From a virus (lineage: Duplodnaviria; Caudoviricetes): 35,391 nucleotides of DNA. Location of the stretch: positions 1 through 35,391 of the IMG/VR virus record IMGVR_UViG_3300019781_000047; one strand, given 5' to 3'. A program made the translations under genes and the position numbers. The notes beneath the pieces are model-generated. The model was not told where the DNA came from. It worked only from the letters and a program-made list of their open reading frames with translations, and did not search any database. This document shows, in pieces, positions 16,415-26,262 of this stretch (its first letter is position 1; each line of letters opens with the position of its first letter).

Positions 16415-19400
16415 ATGGCACTCAATTTCTTAGACGATGCGCCGACAAAGGTTCGCTTTCTGGATGATGAAGACAGGGCCAGTTCGGAAATAGTTCCTAC
16501 ACAAGACTACGGCGGGGCTGGCGCACCCGCTGCTCCTGAACTACCAGAGGCACCGCCAGAAGTGGCGCGAGCCGCTTTGTCAGTGAATCAGACAGTGGAC
16601 GACTTTCGGTTTATGAATAGCATCCCGTCCCGCTTGGATTGGAGCGGGGCACTGACGGAAGGCGAGGCGCGATCACAGCGCAAGCGCAAGGAGGATGCGG
16701 CGGCGAAGGCAAATCCAGCGATTGATTTCACGAAGCTGGACAAGGTGGCTGGCGACCTTCCGTTCAACGAGACATGGGGCGATGCGGCAGGTAACGCTAT
16801 CACCGAAACAGGCAACGCGATTGGTGGCGTATTGAAGGCGATTACCACGGGCGGCGGAAGCGTTATTTACGGCGACGCTCTTCGGGAAAATCGAAACCCG
16901 GAAAAGGCAAACCGAATCCTTGGCAAAGCGTTTTACGATAAAGACCCGGAAGCAATTAAGATGGCATCCGATAACATGGGCGTTGACTTGACCGACCCGG
17001 CTATATTCCAGCGCGCAGCCGATCAGTATAAGATGGATGCGAGCCGCAACATCAAGCCGACTGCGATCCTCAGTAACGGCGCGATATGGGTAAGCCCAAA
17101 GCTTGCACTCGATGAAGCCGAATACCTTAAAGCGGTGGATGCGGCTGGCAGTGGCGATGCCAAGCAAGTAGCAGCGGCGAAGGGACGATTCGAGGCGTTG
17201 CGCGAGCAGGCTGCAACCGATCTATTGCCGGTGTTACGCGAGCAAGGCGCGTTCGTGAAATACGAAGCGAAGCATGGCGGCAAACACATTTCAGACGGGC
17301 AACTTGTGCAGAATTACAACCGTCAAATCGGCATCCCTAGCAAGATATTCAACACCATCGCGCTTGGAACCGAAGGCGGGCTGGCGCAACTCTCGCAATC
17401 CATCTATGGATTGGCCGGCATGGCTGGCAGCGATGCCGCCCTAAAGGTGGCGCAAGGCATGGGCCAAGAGGCGAGTAATATGTCCCGGCTTGGTGAGGCA
17501 ACTGGAACTCCAGTTTTTCCGCAAAAGGTGGTGGCGGCGGTGCCAAGCCTGCTTCCCTACGTGGCGACGGGCGGCGTAGCTGGTGCGGCGGGCGCGAGTG
17601 CTCGCGTGGCGATGGCCGCGCAGCTTGGCACCGGGTTCGCTCATGTCGCTGGTTCATCCTTCCCGGATGCGTATGGCAGGCTCATTGATCAAGGGGTGCC
17701 GGAATCGGAAGCGCGCTGGCGCGCAACGGGTGAAGCTGTTGTGGATGGATTGATCACGGGCGCAACGATGAAATATATCGGCGGCGCGGAAAAGGCGATG
17801 AGCAACCTCGCAAGGGGTAAAGCGGCGAGCACGGCCAAGGGATATGTCGGGGCCATTGCCAGAACGGGGGGCGAAGAGTTTGCACAGGAATCCGCCGAGG
17901 AATACGGCCAAGCATTGAATGCGCTGGGCGGTTCAAACAAGGGCGGATCGTCGTTACAAGCCTTCGAGCAAGGGCTGGAAGGCGGCGCAATAGGGGCTGT
18001 GCTAGGCGGAGGCGTCGGCGCATTAACTCATGCGGCAACGGATGGCAACAGGCGGGCCGTTGCCAACTACCGCGCCATTTTATTCCCCGAAGGAGCTACG
18101 GCGGTGGAGATCAATGGGCAACCGATTCACACGGCAACGACCTCTGAGTTTTTTGAGGCATTACTGGATCGCAAGGCGGCACTAGAGGCAAAGGACAAGC
18201 TGACCTTTTCCGAGAAGGACGAATTGCGTCAACTGAACTACGCGGATGAGTATCTGGATGGCGGAAATCCAAAGAGGCGCGATGCGTTTATTAAGGCGAA
18301 AGCGAAGGCGGCTGGCGTGCAACTTGTCAGGAATACCGACCGCGCCAATTTTGAAGAGGAAATGCAAGCGGAAGCCGAGCGCATCCGCGCCATTGCACCC
18401 GCTGAACGCACGAAAGAAGACGCGGCGACGCTGAAAATGCTGGAAAGCCAGACGCTGGAAGTCGTTGCCGCGCTGCTAGGCAGGCGGTTGCGGGATAGCG
18501 GACAGGCGCAAGGACAGAGGCCGATTGACGTGAAGGTGGAACCGCCGCCGACTCCAGAGCCAGAAATCAACACGACTCCGATTGATGGGAAGGGGGATGC
18601 AAGCCCGCTCTATGAGGCGGGAGCAGACAAAAATCTCTCGGCAATCGAAGTAACGACAAAAACTGTAACTGCAACAGGTAGTAGCGGTGGCTCCACGACA
18701 TTCGCAACCGAGGCGGAAGCAGCGCAACACATAGCCCAACAACGCGCCAAAAATCCAAATGTAGTCATCACCGTTAAAGGGATGGATCAGGTTGGGTTAA
18801 ACAAAGCAGAGGTAGCAAAAGCGGTAGAGCGACTGAACGCTGAACCCGTAGCTGCACCAACTGCTGAAAAACCAGCACCAGACGAAGGGAAGTTCTTTAA
18901 TGTGTCGTTTTCTCCTGAGAAAAATCAATACGTGATTGAGCCTTCCGATTCCCCTGTTAGCAGGGTAGTGTTTTTAGACCCCGAAAAAGGGCGCGTATAT
19001 TCCGGCTCTAATCATGGAGAGATTCAGGAGGCTGTGAGGATTAACGAAAACAGGATTCTAAAAGCAGACGGGAAAACCAACGGCTTCTATATTGACGGTA
19101 AATACGTTGATAGAACACCCGAAAGAAACGAAACAGACCTTTCGGAATACAAAATCAAGCCGCCGAGCGAACCAAAACCAGCATCACCCGCACCCGAAAA
19201 CCTTCCGCCAAAAGTTGAAACCGCAATCCGCGAAGTCGAGGCCAAGCCTTCCGACATTCCCGCCCCCGTGGTGTCGGAACCCGCCAAGCCAGAACCCGCA
19301 CCCGTTGCGAAGGATGAGCCAGCGCGGGATGTGAGCAACGTGGAGGCACTAACAGGAGAGGCCGCGATGACTTTTCCAAAATGGATGAATCAAGGGCGTA

Positions 19401-22400
19401 TCCAGTCGGAACTTTCAAATACGCCGGAAGTAGCGCAGCCGACATTCAACAAGTCGGTAAAAATCAGCACGGAAACAATGAGCGGCCCCAAGGACGTAAG
19501 AGGCAGAGAGGTATTACTTCCCGGATATAAAGGAGCGCGTCTAGTTGTTGCTGAATACAAGGCACCGAAAGGGCGGGCGCAGGAAAAAGGATACCGCATC
19601 TATTTTCGAGACAGCGGCGCACTTATTCAAGATAGCAATGGCGTATCATCACTGAGCGACACACTCAAGCAGGCTGTCGGCAGGATTAATTCCGAGATGA
19701 AGGGGCGCGGACTTCAAAGTAGCTACGAGCTAGTTCACGCGCAGATTGTGGAGCGAGCCAAAAGGGGCAAGGCGGCATCCATACGCCCGCCAGTCGCGCC
19801 GCCTGCGCCAGAACCCGCCGCGCCCGCACCGCCTGAGCCAGTGAAGCCAGCCAAGGGCGACTTCGCGCTTGAGCCGCAAGCAGTGAATAAGCCGCGTGGG
19901 CGTCGCAAAAAAAGCGACCTACCGCCTGCGCCGGGCGGTCACGATATTATTGATGAGATACTGGATAATCACGGCAAGATTCAATCTCGCGGCGCGGCGC
20001 GGAAGAATAAACTGAAAGCGGCAGGCAAATCGCCGTTCACAAAGACTGAGATGGGCGGCGAACACGATGGTTGGAGCAACCTTCCGCCCGCGCTCCGTAA
20101 AGCACTCTTCGATTTCACCGGTGGCGGTATTGCGCCCGATGTGATGGCGGACAATGTTCTCAAGGGAGAGAAAATGGGCGACACGGGCGCGCTGCTGGAT
20201 GCCATTCAGGCGGCATGGAAGGCGCGGATTGCTCACCGGGAAGAAGGCAAACAGCAATCGCGCTTGGCTAAGGCGAACGCGCCAGAGATTAAGCGCATGA
20301 AGAAACAGGAAGCGGCTTTTGATAAAGCAGCACTGGAACCTAAGGACGCGGCGGCGTTTCCTGTTGATCCGAAGGCAGTCAATGTCGGCGACAAGATTGT
20401 GATAGACGGCGACGCGATGGAAGTGATCGCCGTGGATAAACAGGAAGGCTCTTTCACGCTGGAAGGCGGTGAGCGATTCGGCACCCAAACCGTTCACAGC
20501 GACAAGACGATTTACGGCGACCATATCAAGGCGAAGAAGGCACCGGCCAAAAAGCAATCCGCAGAACTGCTTGGCGACGAAACTCCATTCAACCTGACCG
20601 CTGAGAGCGCGGAAGAGAAGGCCAAGCGCGAAGCTGCGATTGAGGCCGATGCCAAGGCGAAAGCGGATGAACAGGCGGCGAAAGACAAGGCGGAACAGGA
20701 CAAGTTGCAGGGTGATATGTTCTCTCAGCAATCCATCGCCGACACCGCACCCGCGCACCCGCTGACAACCTCACAGGTGAAACGGGCTATCGCGCCATTG
20801 GTAGCTCGGTTTAAAGGGGCTGTAGAGACGGTGGTGGTGGCGGACGGGTCGCAATTTCCAGATGCGGTGAAAGCGGCGGCAAAGGCGAAGGGTATTGATC
20901 TGAATCGCATTGGTGGGGCTGTGTATGACGGCAAGGTGTATCTGAACGCCGCTGGACTTAATTCGACTGCGCGTGCTGCCGAGGTATTCTTTCACGAACA
21001 AGCGGGGCACATGGGAGTTGACGGGATGCTGGATGCGCTCTCGCCTAAAAGCTCTGCGCGGCTATTGGCTGCGCTCGAACGCGAGTTTCCGGCTGAGTTC
21101 GCGTATGTGGCGAAACGCTACGGCCCCAAATCGCAGTTGTCCGAAACGCTGGCGCGCATCATGGAGAAGTTTGGGCCAAAGTCGGATTCCACGCCAAAGG
21201 ATCAATCGCGGTGGAGACGCATCCTCGATTTCATCCGCACCATCCTAGCCAAGTCAGGCATTAAACGGTGGACGAAGAACGACATCGAAGCCCTGTTGCG
21301 CCGTGGCATTGATAAGGTTCGCGCGGGTGACGGGAAGGCGGATAAAAGAGACAGTGTAAAGTTCAGCATAGATGGTGACGAGGATACGCAGGAGGATGTT
21401 GACGATGGTGGAATTGAGCACTCCACGATGGACAAATATCAGGAGAGCGAAGTGCGTGTTTTCCCGTCGCTCAATAAGGAGGGGGTGAAAGCTGCCGCGA
21501 TGGCTGCTATGGAGAAAGACCCGAATCTTGCGGATGCAATTATTGCGCGGTTGAACGGCCCGGTCAGCATAGATCATTCAGTCACTCTTAAAGAAGAGGC
21601 AATTCTTCAAGTCCACGCCATTACCCTGCTTAACCGAAGGAACGCGCAGCAACTAATTGTCAACAACACCAAGCTATCTAGCAATGAACGCGCAACGGCG
21701 ATGGCTGCGCTGGAAAATATCGCACATGAAATGGAACGACTCGATAACGCCACGGAAGCATCCGGCGCGTTGTGGAGCAGGTTCGGGAACTATCGGCAGA
21801 CGGTGCTCAAGGGCGATTACTCGTTCAAGTCGTTAAAAGCGCAGGCACTCTCTCAGAAGCGCAAAGGCGGCGATGAGGATGCGGAACTTACCAAGGAAGA
21901 GATTGATCGGCTGCGCGGAATTGCCGCTGACTATGAGCGGATACAAAAGGAACTGGATGAGCGCGTGGAAAAGCTCACAGACGAAGAAAAGGCGCGGATA
22001 GCGCAGGAACGCTTTGATGCACTGGCGTATCGCAGTATTCCAGAGAGGGTTTTAGAGCAGGCGCGTGCGTGGGATAAGGAGCTTCTGGACAAGGGCGCGG
22101 CGGCGGATGCTGTGCTTGATGCCGTATTCGCGGAGATGGATGATGCCGGAGAGTTCGTGAAGTTTGCAATCAACGAAGGCGAAGGTTCGACGCCAAAAGC
22201 CGATAGCGAGGCTGATATTCTCCAAAAGAAGGAACGCCGGGAAAAGATACTTTCAGCCTTAGCGGACAAGGCGGCGGTTGAAATGCGCTTCGGGAACTTC
22301 GATAATTTTTCAGCCGATATTTTTGATAAGTATGGAAGCGCGTTTAGCCCTGCTTTCGTCAAGGAAGCGTGGGCACTTGGCAAGAAACGCTATGAGAATC

Positions 22401-25231
22401 TTGGCGGCAAAAAGGCCACAAAAATTGTTAAGAAAAACAAGGGCAAAGCTCCCGCATCCGATTCAACGACTCGCACCAAAGCGAAGGCACTTGCCAAAAA
22501 CGATCTCGATTCGATCAAAGCCGGGATTGAGGAAATAGCGGAAGACCCGACCGCGCTCGAAAACCTTTCCACGCTCAAGAAATATGTGCGGATCATGGCA
22601 GACAAGGCGGTGGAGGCAGGGGCAACCAGCGTCGAGGATGTAGTGAAGCAACTACAAGAGTTTTTCACTCCATTACTTCCAGAGGGCACGACGATCTCTG
22701 ATATGCAGTTTAAAGAGTATTGGAGCGCATACGGCGAAGGCAAAGCGGCGACAACTGTTGCGATTGAAATGCTGAAAAAGCAGTTGAAATACGAGGCGTT
22801 GCTGGAAAAGAAGCTGGAAGTGACCAAGCGCAAAGAGCGCACGAAGATCACAGGCAATCAGCGCGTTGCGCCAACGGACAATGCGCGACGGCTGACGAAA
22901 GAAATCAACGAGGCAAAGAAGTTAATACCAGAGACGGATGAAGAGGCGAAGAAGCGCGGGGAGGCGCGCAATAAGTCCTCACTGGATGCGATGGAAACCC
23001 GGTTGAAAAACCAAATAGCCGATCTGCGCTTCGAGATTGGTCAAGGTGTTCGCACGCTCAAGCGCAAGAATCTACCTCCCACAAGTCCGCGCATTGAAAA
23101 GCTGCGCGCTGAACTGGCGCAAGTGCAGTCGGATCACTTGGCGATATTCGGCAAGCGCCAGATGACCGAAGAGCAAAAGCAGAAAGCCGCGATTGCTGCC
23201 GCTGAACGGGCGGAGAAACGGGCGGAAGCCGAGCTTTCCGCCGCCAAGAAAGGCCAGTTTTCGACCCCGCTCAAACGAGGGCAGAGCCGTTACGCGGCTG
23301 TGCTGGCGATCCAAGCGCGCACCGAAGCGGCGCGAGCAGAGACGAAGATGCTGCGCGACATGGATTCCGCGCTGGCGGAAACGAAGAAGCAAAAGGAACT
23401 CGAAGCGGAAATCGAGCGGCTGGAAAAGACGCTGGGCGAAGGTAAGTTTGCGCCGGAATCCAAAGAACCCGGCGCACCCACGGCGGACACGGAAGCCGTC
23501 ACGAATCTAAAAGCGAAACGCGACGCACTCGCCGCTGAATTGGCTAAGAAGCGCAAAGCTGCGCGTCCTGTGCCGGATGCTGAGTTGCGCGAGCTAAAGC
23601 GGCTGGAAAACGAACTAGCCAGACTGATTAAGGGGAGAGCGAAGCCGCAGAAAAAGATGACGGTGGACACGGAGCAACAGGCTTTCGCACGCGAACAACT
23701 TGCAGCCAAGCGCGCTGAACTCGCGGAGATTCGGGCAAATGATGATATACTCAATATCGCCAGAAGGAAAGCCGCCATGCTACGCTCGCTCGCCGCGCTA
23801 CAACAGCGGATGAAGGATGGTAACTTTGACCCGACCCCGCGCAAGCAACCCACCGACCTGTCCAGCGACCCGGAAGCGGTGGCACTCGAACTTGAACTCG
23901 CCAAAACACGGGCGGAGTTTGATGCGCTGAAGAAAAAGATGGAGATAGCGAACATGAACCCCATCCAGCGCGCCGGACACGAAGCGTTGCGGCTATGGGA
24001 TGCCTCGCGCAACGTATTCCTGAGTCTCGATATTTCCGCGATGCTGCAAACCGCTTTCGCCGCTGCCGCGCATCCCATTGAGGGCGCGAAAGCCCTTGGT
24101 AAAGGCGTGAAGGCATTACTATTCACCACTTGGTCAAATGAATACGCGAAGAAGCTGGAAATGCAGGAGCGCGCCGAACCGTTATTCATGGATGGCACCC
24201 TAAAAAAGATGGGCGTTGATGTGGGCAGTATGCAATCGCACGGGGTAGAGAACATCGGTTCCGACCTCGATAGGCTCGCTGACCTCGAAGCCCGGTGGCA
24301 GTCCATTCCAGATGTTATCAAGGGATTATTTGGATTGAACGGACAGAAGTTGGTTAAAGGGCTGGGAGGCGTCGGCAAGCTCGCCGTCAAGGGGCTTGCG
24401 CGCCCGTTCAAGGCATCCAACGTCGCGTTTGCCGCTATCTCGCATCACATGAGGCTGGTCATGGCGAAATCACTATTGGAACGGCATTACCGCAATCAGC
24501 CTCCGCCCACAAAGCAGCAGTTGGAAATATTGGGCGGGTTCGTCAATACCGCTACCGGCAAAGGCTTCAAAGGCGGCGGCATGGGCGACAAGGCGATCCA
24601 TTTATTCCTTTTCGCGCCCAACTATTATTTGAGCATCGCCAAGAGCTTTATAGGATATGACGCCTTGAAGGCGCTCGCAAAACTCGAAGGCAAAGCGGCT
24701 GCAAACATTATCACGGAGTATCTTAGGGCGACGATCACGATGGCGATGGTGTGGGCCATGTCGCGCTTGTTCGGCGATGACGATGACGATGAAATGTGGA
24801 ATCCACTTGCTCAAAACTACGGCAAGTTCAGCACTAAGAACGGCACCCTGATTGACCTAACAATGGGGCGCGGCACCTACATCTCAACTGTTTGGCAGGC
24901 GTTACAAGGCGAAAAGCACGTCAACGGCACTGTTATTGACGTTAATGGCTATTCGCATATTTGGAACTTCTTAAAGTATCGCGGTTCGCGTGAGTTTAAG
25001 ACTGGTATCCCGGCAGTCACGGCGCTCGTCCGCTGGATTACCGGCAACGAGAAACCCGTAGAAGATATAATGGGCAAAGAGATCACGCCAGCGGGCCAAG
25101 TTTATGAGGCCGTTGCGCCCCTTGGCTGGCGCGAATGGAAGAATCTCGTCGAGGCCGAGGGCATGACCACCGGGAGTGCCTTGCAGCTACTCAATTTGAT
25201 GGGCATTACGAGCAAGGTGCCAAAGGAGTAG
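16415..25231 (+). CDS. Giant ejection / large polyvalent protein (2938 aa) with zincin-like metallopeptidase motif
   Basis: Gly/Ala hydrophobic segments, Pro-rich linkers between globular inserts, HEQAGH at 20993-21010, helical repeats; no Cys seen. Confidence 0.8.
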   Translation: MALNFLDDAPTKVRFLDDEDRASSEIVPTQDYGGAGAPAAPELPEAPPEVARAALSVNQTVDDFRFMNSIPSRLDWSGALTEGEARSQRKRKEDAAAKANPAIDFTKLDKVAGDLPFNETWGDAAGNAITETGNAIGGVLKAITTGGGSVIYGDALRENRNPEKANRILGKAFYDKDPEAIKMASDNMGVDLTDPAIFQRAADQYKMDASRNIKPTAILSNGAIWVSPKLALDEAEYLKAVDAAGSGDAKQVAAAKGRFEALREQAATDLLPVLREQGAFVKYEAKHGGKHISDGQLVQNYNRQIGIPSKIFNTIALGTEGGLAQLSQSIYGLAGMAGSDAALKVAQGMGQEASNMSRLGEATGTPVFPQKVVAAVPSLLPYVATGGVAGAAGASARVAMAAQLGTGFAHVAGSSFPDAYGRLIDQGVPESEARWRATGEAVVDGLITGATMKYIGGAEKAMSNLARGKAASTAKGYVGAIARTGGEEFAQESAEEYGQALNALGGSNKGGSSLQAFEQGLEGGAIGAVLGGGVGALTHAATDGNRRAVANYRAILFPEGATAVEINGQPIHTATTSEFFEALLDRKAALEAKDKLTFSEKDELRQLNYADEYLDGGNPKRRDAFIKAKAKAAGVQLVRNTDRANFEEEMQAEAERIRAIAPAERTKEDAATLKMLESQTLEVVAALLGRRLRDSGQAQGQRPIDVKVEPPPTPEPEINTTPIDGKGDASPLYEAGADKNLSAIEVTTKTVTATGSSGGSTTFATEAEAAQHIAQQRAKNPNVVITVKGMDQVGLNKAEVAKAVERLNAEPVAAPTAEKPAPDEGKFFNVSFSPEKNQYVIEPSDSPVSRVVFLDPEKGRVYSGSNHGEIQEAVRINENRILKADGKTNGFYIDGKYVDRTPERNETDLSEYKIKPPSEPKPASPAPENLPPKVETAIREVEAKPSDIPAPVVSEPAKPEPAPVAKDEPARDVSNVEALTGEAAMTFPKWMNQGRIQSELSNTPEVAQPTFNKSVKISTETMSGPKDVRGREVLLPGYKGARLVVAEYKAPKGRAQEKGYRIYFRDSGALIQDSNGVSSLSDTLKQAVGRINSEMKGRGLQSSYELVHAQIVERAKRGKAASIRPPVAPPAPEPAAPAPPEPVKPAKGDFALEPQAVNKPRGRRKKSDLPPAPGGHDIIDEILDNHGKIQSRGAARKNKLKAAGKSPFTKTEMGGEHDGWSNLPPALRKALFDFTGGGIAPDVMADNVLKGEKMGDTGALLDAIQAAWKARIAHREEGKQQSRLAKANAPEIKRMKKQEAAFDKAALEPKDAAAFPVDPKAVNVGDKIVIDGDAMEVIAVDKQEGSFTLEGGERFGTQTVHSDKTIYGDHIKAKKAPAKKQSAELLGDETPFNLTAESAEEKAKREAAIEADAKAKADEQAAKDKAEQDKLQGDMFSQQSIADTAPAHPLTTSQVKRAIAPLVARFKGAVETVVVADGSQFPDAVKAAAKAKGIDLNRIGGAVYDGKVYLNAAGLNSTARAAEVFFHEQAGHMGVDGMLDALSPKSSARLLAALEREFPAEFAYVAKRYGPKSQLSETLARIMEKFGPKSDSTPKDQSRWRRILDFIRTILAKSGIKRWTKNDIEALLRRGIDKVRAGDGKADKRDSVKFSIDGDEDTQEDVDDGGIEHSTMDKYQESEVRVFPSLNKEGVKAAAMAAMEKDPNLADAIIARLNGPVSIDHSVTLKEEAILQVHAITLLNRRNAQQLIVNNTKLSSNERATAMAALENIAHEMERLDNATEASGALWSRFGNYRQTVLKGDYSFKSLKAQALSQKRKGGDEDAELTKEEIDRLRGIAADYERIQKELDERVEKLTDEEKARIAQERFDALAYRSIPERVLEQARAWDKELLDKGAAADAVLDAVFAEMDDAGEFVKFAINEGEGSTPKADSEADILQKKERREKILSALADKAAVEMRFGNFDNFSADIFDKYGSAFSPAFVKEAWALGKKRYENLGGKKATKIVKKNKGKAPASDSTTRTKAKALAKNDLDSIKAGIEEIAEDPTALENLSTLKKYVRIMADKAVEAGATSVEDVVKQLQEFFTPLLPEGTTISDMQFKEYWSAYGEGKAATTVAIEMLKKQLKYEALLEKKLEVTKRKERTKITGNQRVAPTDNARRLTKEINEAKKLIPETDEEAKKRGEARNKSSLDAMETRLKNQIADLRFEIGQGVRTLKRKNLPPTSPRIEKLRAELAQVQSDHLAIFGKRQMTEEQKQKAAIAAAERAEKRAEAELSAAKKGQFSTPLKRGQSRYAAVLAIQARTEAARAETKMLRDMDSALAETKKQKELEAEIERLEKTLGEGKFAPESKEPGAPTADTEAVTNLKAKRDALAAELAKKRKAARPVPDAELRELKRLENELARLIKGRAKPQKKMTVDTEQQAFAREQLAAKRAELAEIRANDDILNIARRKAAMLRSLAALQQRMKDGNFDPTPRKQPTDLSSDPEAVALELELAKTRAEFDALKKKMEIANMNPIQRAGHEALRLWDASRNVFLSLDISAMLQTAFAAAAHPIEGAKALGKGVKALLFTTWSNEYAKKLEMQERAEPLFMDGTLKKMGVDVGSMQSHGVENIGSDLDRLADLEARWQSIPDVIKGLFGLNGQKLVKGLGGVGKLAVKGLARPFKASNVAFAAISHHMRLVMAKSLLERHYRNQPPPTKQQLEILGGFVNTATGKGFKGGGMGDKAIHLFLFAPNYYLSIAKSFIGYDALKALAKLEGKAAANIITEYLRATITMAMVWAMSRLFGDDDDDEMWNPLAQNYGKFSTKNGTLIDLTMGRGTYISTVWQALQGEKHVNGTVIDVNGYSHIWNFLKYRGSREFKTGIPAVTALVRWITGNEKPVEDIMGKEITPAGQVYEAVAPLGWREWKNLVEAEGMTTGSALQLLNLMGITSKVPKE

Positions 25232-25238
25232 GCTGATT

Positions 25239-25712
25239 TTAACCCTCCAACTCTTCCATCGGCGCATCCGTCCATTCTGCCTCGATAGCCTCTTCCTCAA
25301 TCTTCACGTTTGCCCCGGTGATTGACAGGCTGATTTTGTTCATGGGCCGATCCGATTGCCATGCGTGAACCTGTGCCACGCTTTGAACCACGCTTTTCGC
25401 CTTCTCCGCATTGTCAAAAATCTCTTCGCCGCTCATTTCGGCAATCCTTTTTGTCGCCTTATTGAACCCGCGAGCAAGGTTTATTCGGGAATCGCCATCG
25501 AGTTCCTTGTATTCATCAATCAACGCCTGCGACGGGGAAACCTTGGTTTTGGTGCGTCCCGGAAGCCCTTCCATCCACTTGTATCTATGCGCCCAATTTT
25601 TGATGCGATCCAGAGGTATCCCAAGGCGACGGGCGGCGTTTGACGCTCCTATTTCGATGACGAGCATTTTGATTGCTTCCTTTTCCTGATCGCTGTGCAT
25701 TGAAGCTGGCAT
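25239..25712 (-). CDS. HTH DNA-binding protein, terminase small subunit-like
   Basis: 'AARRLGIPLDRIKNWAHRYKW' HTH as in TerS N-termini, helical middle, C-terminal beta strand and acidic tail. Start probably ATG 25712 or 25700. Confidence 0.6.
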   Translation of the reverse strand: MPASMHSDQEKEAIKMLVIEIGASNAARRLGIPLDRIKNWAHRYKWMEGLPGRTKTKVSPSQALIDEYKELDGDSRINLARGFNKATKRIAEMSGEEIFDNAEKAKSVVQSVAQVHAWQSDRPMNKISLSITGANVKIEEEAIEAEWTDAPMEELEG

Positions 25713-25732
25713 TGCTATATCCAAGCAGATTG

Positions 25733-25761
25733 TTGACAGGTGTAAAGTTTTCTCGTATTTC
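25733..25761 (+). promoter_or_regulatory. Putative promoter of the lysis cassette (TTGACA-N17-TATTTC)
   Basis: Perfect -35 box and partial -10 box in the 64-bp divergent gap, 15 nt upstream of the receiver-domain ATG. Confidence 0.5.
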
Positions 25762-25776
25762 CACCAGCAATTACCG

Positions 25777-26262
25777 ATGTTGAAAATCCTCATAGTAGAT
25801 GACTCACCAAAGGTTGCCGAGTCAATCGGTGCACTCTTGCGTGTCAGCTATAAGCGGCTAATGCCTGCTGGCGTGCCGGAGAATGACCCTCTCGACTTCT
25901 ATGTGTGCCGCAGTGCCTACGAATTGGAGCAGCACAAGCACGACAAGGTGGACGCCATCTTGCTCGATCTGCGCCTAGCCGACAGCGACGAACACGCAAC
26001 GCTGGAATGGCTGGATGAGAACGCAGAGAAGATTCCGCCTACTGTTATTATCACAGAGATTCCGTGCGCCAAACATCATTCCAGCCTTGCTGTGACAAGC
26101 CTCGCAAATGGAGCGGCTGACTTTTTTCACAAGGAACGAATCTTCACAAAGCACGGATCGGATGCGCTGCTGGCGAGGATTATCAAAGTCGTCACGCATC
26201 GAAAGCGCATCCTTAAAAAATACGAACTTAGAAAGGAAGAATCAACGTGCCTCCAAGACTAG
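25777..26262 (+). CDS. Single-domain response regulator (CheY-like receiver)
   Basis: KILIVDD (acidic pair), AILLDL (phospho-acceptor Asp), VIIT (conserved Thr), GAADFFHK (conserved Lys); no output domain. Confidence 0.9.
   Translation: MLKILIVDDSPKVAESIGALLRVSYKRLMPAGVPENDPLDFYVCRSAYELEQHKHDKVDAILLDLRLADSDEHATLEWLDENAEKIPPTVIITEIPCAKHHSSLAVTSLANGAADFFHKERIFTKHGSDALLARIIKVVTHRKRILKKYELRKEESTCLQD

Noticed and set aside
23290-24420. 376-aa antisense ORF, and similar long antisense ORFs at 1184-2134, 4185-5117 and 19919-20758
   Set aside because: Low-complexity mirror translations of real + strand genes; expected from codon bias at this GC content.
26211-26247. -1 frameshift at CTTAAAAAA fusing the receiver domain to the TM protein
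   Set aside because: The -1 frame has TAG at 26229-26231 before the TM ORF, which has its own AAGGA and GTG start.
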